DNA of 64,000 bases from Lytechinus pictus. Its lineage: Eukaryota. The notes below the pieces were generated by a model, which saw only the letters and a list, made by a program, of their open reading frames with translations, did no database searches and had not been told where the DNA came from. The stretch lies in contig NC_087259.1 of NCBI RefSeq assembly GCF_037042905.1, positions 22,878,001 through 22,942,000 on the forward strand. Direction: 5' to 3'. This document shows positions 1 through 11,511 of the stretch, in pieces. The translations under genes were made by a program, and so were the position numbers. Each line of letters opens with the position of its first letter. Position 1 is the stretch's first letter.

Positions 1-699
1 TCTCGAGACCACGACGGGACCAAGACAAGTAAACATCGGTAAAGTACCATTTTCATACCTTTGTTCTATTTCGTGCACATTAAGTTATTTGTTATATATT
101 CAAGATAGTACATTGTATTTTGGTAGTTTCTAAATCCTTAGACTGTAAATTCGATGTAAAAAAGAATATTGAAGTCTGGACAGTTAATCGGCGAATTAGA
201 GGAAGTGATAACACATGCGAGCTCACACTAAGACTAACTACCGTCGGTGAATGGGGATTATAGTGATATGTCAGAAATTGTTAAAGAAATCCCAGAAACG
301 ACGGTTATTCCTGTCTAATCCAGATCCAGCCACAATTTAGCATCACTGGCACGCATTGACTTTAAAACGCGTGATGCGCTATGTAAAAACGGAGCTCCGT
401 GGAGGGCAGGGGCTGTGGATAGCGCGTGGCCGTGGGCACAAAACATGGTGATACATTTCCAAATTCTATGAGGCATTGAGATAGGCATGATAGGAGAAAA
501 AAATAGGATAGGCCTAGATCTATATTCAACAAAAATTGATGCAAATTTCATTTTAGAACAAAAAAAAATATTGCAAAAAAGATGAACATGTCAAATTCTG
601 CCTGGCACTTGTCAGTGCAAATTTCCATTTTTTGCTGACAATCGACACAGGATTTTATTTTTAGAACAAAAAATATTGCACAAAATATAGCTCTAAACT

Positions 700-1313
700 T
701 AACCCAGAGAGCTCCAGCCCGCGTAGCGGGCTGGAGCCCAGACGCGCAGTGTACAAACGGGCATTCAGGTGAGAGTACCGTGAAGTTTGGTCAATATCAT
801 TTACATAATACATAATTTAAACAGAAATTAAGCACTTACCACGATTGTATGGATGATAGTCTAACGAGTGGCAGTTTCCTGACATCGAGGCACAGACTGG
901 AACCTCAAAAAACGATCAGTTCTGTCGCGGTAGCTCTCCTCTTTCAGAATTCAACACAAAATGGCCGATCGAGACCGAGGCTAGTATAGCACTAGCGCAT
1001 ATAGACTTTGTCAAATTCGCGCATGCGCCCTACACCCTCTCGAACGGCCATTTTGCTATGAATTTTGAAAGAAGGAGAGCCACCGCGACAGAACTGATCG
1101 TTTTTTGAGGTTCCAGTCTGTGCCTCGATGTCAGGAAACTGCCACTCGTTAGACTATCATCCATACAATCGTGGTAAGTGCTTAATTTCTGTTTAAATTA
1201 TGTATTATGTAAATGATATTGACCAAACTTCACGGTACTCTCACCTGAATGCCCGTTTGTACACTGCGCGTCTGGGCTCCAGCCCGCTACGCGGGCTGGA
1301 GCTCTCTGGGTTA
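700..1313. mobile_element. Palindromic non-autonomous DNA transposon P1 (foldback/MULE-like)
   Basis: ~270-bp near-perfect inverted arms TAACCCAGAGAGC...GCTCTCTGGGTTA; 9-bp TSD CTCTAAACT at 691-699 and 1314-1322. Confidence 0.9.
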
Positions 1314-2234
1314 CTCTAAACTATACTGTACTCTGTAGTGCGCCTGTGACTGTGTCCAAGCTGTGTCTGTGGCTACTGGCTAGCCGGCTGTGCCCGCCTG
1401 AGCTGAGCCTGAGGCGTCCGAAAAATAACGGCCAAGACGGCGAGCTGCCGAGTGCGAGTGAGTCATTTGCAATTGCCAATAAAAATAGGCCCACACACGA
1501 CACCGACACTGCACAGACGTCCACAGTCAGTTTCAAAACAACACAACACGGTCCATTTGAATACAAAAATTCTAAATCAAACATGAAATTTATCTGTTAA
1601 ATTAGTAATCAACATTGTCTAGAATATTGAAATTGACAGAAATTTATCAAAAAACAGATTAAATGTGTTTAAACGACAACTAAATCTCACATTCAAATGT
1701 ACGTATTCACATCTACACGGAAATACTCACCTAAACGCCATCTTGATATTAGAGAGGCAAATGGTGCATTGTGGGATATATCCTTTTTGCTGATTCTCTA
1801 GGATGGTGTTACGATAGATGATACTAATACAATGATAAAACTGTGTTTCTCAGCGAACAAGGTGGGCGGAGTTGTCTGCCGATGACGCGCAACGGGGATT
1901 TTGTCAACATTGACTGAGCTGAGCTAGCTGAGCTGAGATAGCTAGCTGAGCCTGAGCTGAGCAGCAAGCTATAGACATAGTATAGCGATGTTCTGATGAT
2001 GATGATGATGAGACTGCTGGTCTGGCGAAAACAACCGACTCTCTCTCTACAGCTACAGCCAGGAATTAGGAACCGGTAGGTACGGTACGGGACCGTACCT
2101 TATCCAGCCCGATCCCGCGGCCCAAACAGGCCATGATCTCGGTGTCTAACTTAGTTCAGTCGTTGACATCGGAATTTGGGGCAGCTGCTTGGGATTGGGG
2201 CTGGGGGAGGCCGAAGCTGAGCTGAAAGTGAGAT

Positions 2235-3733
2235 TAGCCTGGAGGCGTCTGGGGAGTGAAAGTAATATACTGTACGTATGGTCACTCCCCTAACGCCTGG
2301 CATTGTGATGTATAGTCTATAGAGTCCTACGTACCGAGGGAAAAGGCAACTATAAAAATGCGCCAAACTGCTAGTTATGTTTAGAATCTGAGGTCACGAC
2401 TGCTGTACATGGGTAACAATATTGGTTGGCAACGTTTGGCAAAAAATGCGTAGTAATGGTTACAAAATGACGAATAAATTATATGAAGTAATAAAAGTAG
2501 AAGAGGGTTTACTTACACTTGTTGACGTGGCCATCTTTGATCCTTTGTAATTGCAACCTAGTTACATGACGCGTATAGAGGGCGGCAAAATCATGAGCGG
2601 TGCAAGATTAAAAAGTGCTATAATGTCCCGCTTCAACCACTGAACTAGAAATACATAGAGAAAACATATTGCATCTTGCCTTCTACGGCGCGTTCTCGAA
2701 CAATTGACCTATCAAAATGGCGGCGGTCACGTGACTTATCGAGTTCGCCGGCGATGTTTTGCTTGGGTGTACACGACTTCCACGTATTTCTAGTTCAGTG
2801 GTTGAAGCGGGACATTTTAGCACTTTTTAATCTAGCACCGCTCATGATTTTGCCGCCCTCTATACGCGTCACGTAACTAGGTAACCCAGAGAGCTCCCGC
2901 CCGCACAGCGGGCGGGAGCCCAGAAGCTTACCGTGTATTTTACCATTGTCACCGGACTAGGGTGATTTATGGTCTAAATATTTCTCCAAATGAATTGTGA
3001 AAACAGAAAGTATACAATTACCACGATTATATGGATGAAGGTCTAACGAGTGGCAGATTCCTGACATCTGGGCACAGTCTGGAACCTCAAAAAAACGAAA
3101 AGTTCTCTCCTTCTACCCCGTCTCGATCGGCCATTTTTGTTAAAAATCGTAACAAAATGGCCGATCGAGACTGGGTAGAAGGAGAGAACTTTTCGTTTTT
3201 TTGAGGTTCCAGACTGTGCCCAGATGTCAGGAATCTGCCACTCGTTAGACCTTCATCCATATAATCGTGGTAATTGTATACTTTCCGTTTTCACAATTCA
3301 TTTGGAGAAATATTTAGACCATAAATCACCCTAGTCCGGTGACAATGGTAAAATACACGGTAAGCTTCTGGGCTCCCGCCCGCTGTGCGGGCGGGAGCTC
3401 TCTGGGTTAGTAACTAGGTTGCAATTACAAAGGATCAAAGATGGCCATGTCAACAAGTGTAAGTAAACTCTCTTCTACTTTTATTACTTCATATAATTTA
3501 TTCGTCATTTTGTAACCATTATTACGCATTTTTTGCCAAACGTTGCCAACCAATATTGTTACCCATGTACAGCAGTCGTGACCTCAGATTCTAAACATAA
3601 CTAGCAGTTTGGCGCATTTTTATAGTTGCCTTTTCCCTCGGTACGTAGAACTCTATACATCACAATGCCAGGCGTTAGGGGAGTGACCATACGTACAGTA
3701 TATTACTTTCACTCCCCAGACGCCTCCAGGCTA
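2235..3733. mobile_element. Palindromic non-autonomous DNA transposon P3 (hAT-like by TSD), interrupted by P2
   Basis: ~420-bp inverted arms TAGCCTGGAGG...CCTCCAGGCTA around a spacer at 2655-2783; 8-bp TSD AGTGAGAT at 2227-2234 and 3734-3741. Confidence 0.88.
2882..3409. mobile_element. Palindromic element P2, same family as P1, nested in the right arm of P3
   Basis: Almost fully self-complementary; same termini as P1; 9-bp TSD GTAACTAGG at 2873-2881 and 3410-3418. Confidence 0.9.
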
Positions 3734-4109
3734 AGTGAGATCAGATCAGTTCAGCCTAGCTTAGCTAGCCCAGGCCCAGGGAGGATAGATCTACACGGGA
3801 AAGACCGGGCCTGGCCCCTAGCCCTGTTCTGGTCCGAACTTGAGTTGAGGCTCATGTCATGAGAGTGAGACTGAGTGACACAGCTCCATGAAACTTTAAG
3901 TTTGAAAGGCATGATGTGGTTACTTTTTTTGCTACACTTGCAATCAATTGCACCTGTTCTGTTGCAACAAACAAGGCCAAGGGGGGCCATGACATTAATG
4001 AACTTGACTAACAGTCAACACGTTAATGTTCCTTAGCTTAGTCATGTAGTAGGCCCCCTAATCCCTATTATTTTCTTATTTTAGAAGTGTGCCATAGTGT
4101 TGACTGTTA

Positions 4110-5393
4110 CTAGTGTTGGGGCAAAAAGCACGAAAAGTACATCCTTTTTTTTAGTCTTTAATTTTACCCTCACAAATTTGACCCTAAACACGTAGATTTC
4201 CTAGCTAAATATTCATTATTTCAGTGTTTTGAGTTTTGACACCCTTGTTACCATGATTACGTAATGTGCCCTATCTTGAAAAAGACATCCCCGGGGGGCA
4301 CTCTCCACATGGACTGCTACTCACCCGTGTTCGACAACCTCAGAAATGCACCCTAAACGGCGTAACTTCATTAAATAAATCTGCAACCCTAAATGTCGTA
4401 ACCCATGAGAAAAGCCACCCTAAGTGGCGTTAACAGTGAAAAGCCCGTAATTCGATACCCTCAGTGGCGTAAACAGGGAAAAGCCCGTAATTCGATACCC
4501 TAAGTGGCGTCATAACATAGAAATCGATTAATTTGATACCATACGGATTACTGATGTAAAATTGATGTTACATACCACAGGTATAAATTCCCGGCATTTT
4601 TAAAATAATTATTGCAAGTATATAAAGTCCAGCATAATTTACTCTCAATGACAGCTCTCTTCAGTTAGCCACTTTAAATAGCCATCTTTTATCCTAAATT
4701 ATTGAATGCAAGTGAAAAATGTTGCTTGCATTTACTGACTGATGCATCACTTACCATTCATTTTACCAATTTCATCACAACTTGAAAAAATGGAATCCAT
4801 ATTCCATACCAGTTAATGTGTTGAAAAAGACATACTTTAATTAAACCTCTATATATCTTCTTTTATTGTTTTAATTGATAATTAAAAAAAAATCATAGGA
4901 ATCCCCCCATCCCTGGTATGAATCAAACAAAATGGTATAGACTAAAGGCCTAAACCCTATTGGCATGCTGCCTATAGTATAGAGCCGGGCGTAAGACTAG
5001 AGACTTTACTGTACGGGGGTATTCTCTCATTTAAGTGATGCGCTGGCCGGCGTGTGTGAGGATTATTTTGTATCCCTTAAAATCACGCCCTTCATGGTGT
5101 GGCTTAGGTCTGCTCCCTAATCTTCTCAAATTTGCAACCCTAAATGGCGTAGATCTATTCATATTTGCACCCCTCAATGGCGTCATCTTCATAACCAAAT
5201 TAGCAACCCTTAATGGCATGAAGAGAGAGAGAAAAGGCTACCGTAAAAGGTGATTTACCAGCGAATGGTGCTGAAATGCAACCCTTTTTGCCAAAGACGT
5301 TGTTGACGCCTGAGTGCCTGAAACGGGACCCTTATGTGTTTTTGGGGTAGCGCATGGTATCCACTCGTCAATGTAAGTGGCCTAACCCCCCCC
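4110..5393. mobile_element. Degenerate copy of the CCCGGG-terminal MITE family (4110-4289 and 5331-5393) split by a ~1-kb related element
   Basis: Both parts match 49390-49638; the insert starts CCGGGGGGCAC and carries repeated ACCCTAARTGGCGT motifs. Confidence 0.65.
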
Positions 5394-6547
5394 TGAGCAA
5401 AAATCTCCTCATAGTTTGAGAGAAATATACATCTAGATAATAAGTTAGGCCTAAACTTAAGTTAGAGTCTAACTAATACATGTAGTAACAACTGTTAGAC
5501 CCTGACAAGCACACTCAATTGGTTTCAACCACATGTCCGCATTGGATGGGTCAACGAACATTCCATGATTCTTGATTTCTTGCACGTGGATAAAAAGAAG
5601 TCAAACTCAATCCCAGTGTTAAGTGTAATTGTAAATGGAGTCAGGGACAATCCTCATTTCGTTTGGATGATTTTTAAATTATGAGGATGGTCTGAGTAAA
5701 CTAGGAGATCCTATAATATATCATAAACCAAGACGAATCATTTTTTATTCAGATTGTCCTTGGTTATGACTATGAGGAATGAACTTACTGAGAGCTATAC
5801 ATTCCTTCTTGGTAGTGTACCAAAGTGGAATTTAATGCGGCAATCGGGGTGAGGGGGGCTATTCGCCCTTCCTAAGCCCATCCCAAAATGACTAATTCTG
5901 TTTCGGACCATCAGTACCTAGGACCGCACCTTGGACTACAGAACTTCATACCTCACTCAGTCTGACTTTGTTCCTTGCACGACAACTCTTTGTGTTCTGT
6001 GAGTTAACAAGGCCTGGATCTTGTACTCCAATCCCATGAGGAAATCAGGAAAAAAAAATCACTTGGCTCGCCCCCATTAACTTAGCCTCTGAGGGACATA
6101 CATGTAGATAGCAGAGTTAATTGAGAGTGTTAAAAATAGTTGTCGGATCAATTCTCCCCAATTCATCATCTATTTTTTGTATTACTTTCCATCTTCCTAT
6201 AATCTTGATAAAAAAAAGATATACCTGTACATGTAGAAAGAAACCTGATATTTTTACATCGACTAGTGCACTTGATTGGTGTCAGCCATCTGACAGGTGA
6301 ATGGACTTTTCTAGATTTCTTGTACTTCGACAATTAATGAAATCCCAGTTTAGAGTGTGCAGATCTGGGACATCTGAACAAAAACCCCTGTTGGCCTGTT
6401 AGTTGACAGTAATTGTTTCATCTGGATATCTTACACTGTTTTGTTTACTAGATGCTGTTCGAAGGTACATTTTTTATGCACGAGAGCAGCCTGCACTGAC
6501 TGAAGTTTCAGCATCGTTCATCAAGAACGTCAAACTATAAAGACGAC

Positions 6548-6824
6548 ATGGGAAACAGATCAAGAACAGTGTTTACAAACAATAGAAACGGATGGAACGG
6601 GATGTCATGGGTTCCTTCCAGGATCTGGGATTTCAGTGCTCGGTATACTTTGATGCTGCTTCTGATTATGGGTGGTATGCCACAGCAGCTGTACCTAGGA
6701 AGAACCTCTGGACAGGTCTTAGAGATGATGGGTGCGGCCGCGGCCATCACGTGGTCCTGGAAACCTTGGTGTATCTGGGAATGCTGCGATAAACCATGGA
6801 TTAACGTTAACAATGTCACAGCAG
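6548..6824 (+). CDS. TOR1A: Torsin-like coding exon 1 (start could be M1 or a downstream Met)
   Basis: Ends WCIWECCDKPWINVNNVTA at donor CAG|GTATGA, phase 1; upstream acceptor TTTACTAG at 6451. Confidence 0.8.
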
Positions 6825-9800
6825 GTATGATAGCTGGGCAAGAAATATGGTGGAAACTTAAAAGGGGTACTCTCTAGAGGCTAAAAATAATAGGATTTGA
6901 ACAAAAGTAAAGTAAAATCAGACAAACAAAACACTGTAAACTTTGTCAAAATCGGATAAAGAATAGCAAAGTTATGTAGCAAAGTTATATTTTAAAGTCC
7001 TATTTTGGTGAAGTAATTCATGAATATGCAATGAGCAAGGTGATGATGTCATATCCCACTTAATTTTTTTTGTATTTTATGAAGATATGAAATTATATAG
7101 ATTCATATATCTGTCCTCCAAAAATAGTTATTTAACTTTCTCATTATTGAAATGGCAATCATGAATCATTCTGGAGTTTTTACATCCAGATCAACATCAA
7201 AACCAGTCGTTTCTATTTGTAAACCTACGAACAAGTCTATAGACATCTGGAACATGTTTTTAGGAGCGAATACACTTACAAGGGGTTACTAGTTGTTCGT
7301 AAAGTTGTATGTAACTTACAAACAGCTTTATGAAATTACCCATGCACCAGATCAATTTTATGAATTTGTGTGTAATAGTCGTGCCTTGTCTGGGTATTTC
7401 ATAGGTAGCATGGTCATCATTTTATACTTCCTGTACCATACCATGTGTTATGTCTTCTTTCCTGTCTTTTGTTCATATCAATCTAATTAGTGTAAGTTTT
7501 TTCACAATGTTTTAAAGTATGCATGTCTGTACTGCGATTTCGAAGTGATTTATCATGCATATTGTATGTTGCTAAGAGAAATAATACCAATTTTCTCATC
7601 TTAAGTTCATTCCCACATTTTGATTCACAGGCCTTGATGCTGTTCTCAGTGAAAATCTTTTTGGACAGCACATAGTTCAAGAGACCGTTTCAGCTGCTCT
7701 CCAAGGTCATCTATTAAATCCCAATCCTCCTAAACCCTTGGTTCTGTCATTTCATGGTCGGACTGGGACGGGTAAAAACTTTGTGAGTCGTATGATAGCA
7801 GAAAGCATCTACAAGGAAGGGTTTTCAAGTAAATATGTTCATCTTAAGATTGCTGATAGAGATTTCAGGCATGCATCAAAGCTGGAGGAATACAAGGTGA
7901 GAATTGAATTAATATTTAGTTTTGTGGAGTAAAGCAGGAGGGTCTAGGCCTTGAATTTCAATATTTTTAGGAAATGTCATTTTTCAAATTGGCACATTCT
8001 TATTTTTACAACACAATGGGAAGAATTTAAAAGAACACAAAAGATATACAATTTCAGCCACATATTTGCAATTGATAGATCAGTATTAACAAAAGAATAT
8101 CATGCTATAATTTATATTGACGTGAAGGAGATGAGCATTCCATTGCATATTTACAAATGATTGCAAGACTTATGATTGATTTTAGGATCTAAAATTGATT
8201 TGCAATTGATGTCAAGCTTCTTGCAACACCCTGTTAGAGTTAGTGATACTTGGTATGATTCATATAAAGTAAGTATATATTGCTGAGGAATCAAATTACA
8301 TATAGGTACTTTCACATACATGTATGGGCATTATATTCAACTCAAAGTTGCTTCACTGGTCCTTTCTCCTCAACATTCCATTTCACCAGGAATCTCTTCA
8401 CAACGAGGTGTTTTACAGCGCCAAGAAGTGCCCACGACAACTCTACATATTTGATGAGGTTGAGAACATGCCTCCTGGTTTGCTGGACACCATTCGTCCC
8501 TTCTTAGAGTACAGGACACACCTAGAAGGTGTTCAGTTTAACAAGGCAATATTTATATTTCTAAGGTGAGGCTTTTATTATCTTTTATAAGTACTGCCTG
8601 GTGAAGGCTCCTGGCTTAGATGAGATGTAATTTGGTATGTTTAGGGTTATAAACACACTAGCAGTGCTGAAAATGAAGCCGTTTGGCATTTATCTAATGG
8701 AACTTTATTATGCAAAAAGAAATTGAGTAGTCCATAGTCTGGAGAAACATTGTGAGAGGGATTTAATCATAATTTAACTTATAAATTAAATACAGTGACT
8801 TAGCAGAAATGATGCTGATTTTATATTTCAAGGAATTTTATCATATATTGATTTTAAGATTAATAAAACCAGCCCTGAGTGATAGCCTAGTTGCCAATCT
8901 GGTAGTACTTTACACTACTGGATCATTTCTCTAATGATCTCCATTTTACAAAAGAAGGAACGGTAACTGAAAAAACGCTGAATATTTTGGGGTAGATTTT
9001 ATGCGCTGGAGATCTGTAATTAATGACTTGATCATTATGAAACCAAGTTAATATACCTTTCCCAATAGGGTGTATAAAAATGGAATAGTGATTCATTCTC
9101 CATTTCATTGTATGTAGCAATACAGCAGCAAGGGAGATATCAAATTATGCCTTGTCTCATCTTCAAGCTGGTAAACAGAGAGAAGAAATTACTTTGCAGA
9201 GTCTCGAACCTCTCATTGAACAAAGCTCATTTGGTTCAGCAGGTAATAAAAAAGATTTTAAAATGTAATTTGAATGATTTAAAACAAAAAAATTAAGACT
9301 CGTCAATATTTCATCATCATTGTCATCAGCCCTGTCATCACCGTCACCATCATAATCACCACCATCATCATCATTACCACCATCCATCCATCATAATTTT
9401 CACCAACATCATCACCACCACCATCATCAACAACACCATCATCATCACCACCACATCCATCATCACCACCACATCCATCATCACCACAACCATCATCATC
9501 ATCTGGATATTATTCATCATTTTGCCTCAGACACAATATTTTATATCAGAACAATAGACTTCTTTACATTTTAACCCTGAAGAGTTGGGTACATAGCATG
9601 CCATCTCATGATATGAAAAAAAGGAATGAGGTTTAATATCTTTCAGACAAGGGCCCCACTTCCAAAGACATGTGATCAATCCAATCAACCACAACTATGG
9701 AAGGCCTGGGGCTTATTTATAACATGCTTACAATTGTGGTAACTTTACTGTTAATGTAAATACCATGGTAAAAGGGCCCAACAGCCATTCAAAATTGGGG

Positions 9801-10794
9801 TATCCATGAACCATAATGATTAACAATTAGTCTACATGAAATAGGCCCGGGAGAAGTAAAATCAGGGAGAGGTGGTCATAGAATTTAGACATTTTCTGCA
9901 TTGTAAACCCCAGTCCAACTCAACACATTCCATAGAAAAGGTGCATTATAATGTCAACCCTAACTCATTTGTCTATCCATTGCACCTGAGAAGAGTTTCA
10001 TGAAACATCTTGTCGCTGGTTTTTACTCGCAATTTGCTTTCCATCAATCAAATGCAATGATTTCAATAGCTTTTAACAGTTGTTTATGTGAAAATCAATT
10101 ACTATTTGTTTCATGAAATACTCCCCTGGATTATACAAATACGTTAGTCTTAGCTGATGAAAAAAAGTGTGAGTGATTACTGCCTTTATGGGGATGATAT
10201 ATTGTCTTTTTGTGACAGTATGGCACCTGAAATCTTATTTCTTGGGCCCCAATTATTACCCCCTTCAGAATTGAAATGTGATATATATCTAGTACATACA
10301 TGAAGGTTTCCCGACTTCCAGGCATATTTCTTTTATATTCCACACATTCACACCCACATCCTGTTACAAATTGCCCAGAATTACAGTACACAAATTTGTA
10401 GTTTGGACGTGTATATCAGGTGATAAACAAGTAAGTTTTACATGTATATGTATGTTAATGCCCAATTCTGAATTACTTTACAGGAGGTGGATTTGAGAGT
10501 ACTCGCTTGATAGACAAATACCTCATCAGCCATTTCATCCCTTTCCTACCACTGGAAACAAGCCACGTCAGGAAATGTATCAAATCAGAGCTTCTTGCTC
10601 ATCATATCCGTTCTGATGATACCGAAGACATTGTAGAAGAAGTCCTTAGACAACTTCAATTTTGGCCAAAGGGATTGGAAATTTTTGCCACCAAAGGGTG
10701 TAAAAGCGTTGCAGAGAAACTGAACCTGGCTTTATTCAGAAAACACAGGAAGAGGAAAGTAGCCAATCAAGCACACTCGGAAAAGGAACTCTGA
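6548..10794 (+). CDS. TOR1A: Torsin-1-like AAA+ ATPase, ~384 aa; join(6548..6824,7631..7896,8390..8565,9118..9242,10484..10794)
   Basis: The spliced translation has ECC..WI, LFGQH, PKPLVLSFHG, torsin-type Walker A GRTGTGKN, Walker B YIFDE, sensor-1 IFLSN, FIPFLPLE and sensor-2 KGCK. All introns are GT-AG and phase-consistent. The family call is secure; the exact paralogue (TOR1A/1B/2A/3A) is not. Confidence 0.92.
7631..7896 (+). CDS. TOR1A: Torsin-like exon 2 (Walker A)
   Basis: GLDAVLSENLFGQHIV...FHGRTGTGKNFVS...EEYK; CACAG acceptor, AAG|GTGAGA donor. Confidence 0.95.
8390..8565 (+). CDS. TOR1A: Torsin-like exon 3 (Walker B)
   Basis: ESLH...CPRQLYIFDEVENMPPGLLDTIRPFL...KAIFIFL; AG|GTGAGG donor. 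Confidence 0.95.
9118..9242 (+). CDS. TOR1A: Torsin-like exon 4 (sensor 1)
   Basis: SNTAAREISNYALSHLQAGKQREEITLQSLEPLIEQSSFGSA; phases 2 and 1 fit the neighbouring exons. Confidence 0.9.
9310..9503. repeat. (CAT/CAC)n microsatellite in torsin intron 4
   Basis: Imperfect trinucleotide run. Confidence 0.9.
10484..10794 (+). CDS. TOR1A: Torsin-like exon 5 (last)
   Basis: GGFESTRLIDKYLISHFIPFLPLE...FATKGCKSV...SEKEL*. Confidence 0.95.
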
Positions 10795-11511
10795 TATTGC
10801 AATATTATCATGTGAGGAAAAAAAACTTTTACCAATCATGTTGAATGATTAGACACGCTGAAACTACTGAATTATGACCATCAACAATAACAATAAGTTC
10901 CCGGAAGCACATGTAGTTCATGCGGTAACTTCCGGAAGCTTGATGGTAAGAATTCAATCGTAAACAGCAAGAGGGATAACACAAGTTACAAGTTTATCAT
11001 AATTCCTCCTCGAAATGTCAGAAGAGATTGAGAATGCGGTGCGTATGTGTATGTAACTAGACAAGCGCTCGCTACAATACGGGTAGACTGGAAGTTATTG
11101 GGTCACACATCACCGAACAAGAAGTAGAATATCTAGTTCAGTGCGCAAAGTGACAAATTCATGCAGTGCGCTACATCCGGGAACTTTCAGTCATTTTCAA
11201 AAGTGAGAATATAATATGTGATTGGATGAAAACCAAATACCTGTGATGTTGACATTCACTTGTAACATTATGCATGGGCAGACGTGACTTTATACATTAT
11301 ATAGAGACTATTGTCTCAAAATCTTTTGACTTCCTTTATGTTGTATTAAAAGCTTGCTGGAGAAGTGTGAATAAATTTCTGACTTGAACCCAGTAGATTA
11401 GATCACATATTCAGATCCAACATGGCAGCATTCAGGGATCAAATTAACTGGGTAGAAGCTAAAAATGTATAATCATTCATGTTTTGGAAATGTCACTTGT
11501 TAAAATATATA

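Noticed and set aside
1-45. Possible non-coding first exon of torsin ending at CG|GTAAAG (38/39)
   Set aside because: The donor is plausible but sits at the window edge with no independent support.
700-3733. Palindromes as assembly or chimeric-read artefacts
   Set aside because: Each has an exact flanking TSD, a non-palindromic centre and a few arm mismatches, as expected for real insertions.
2151-3862. Two ORFs sharing LYITMPGVRGVTIRTVYYFHSPDASRL on opposite strands
   Set aside because: This is a by-product of the inverted arms of P3; no protein features.
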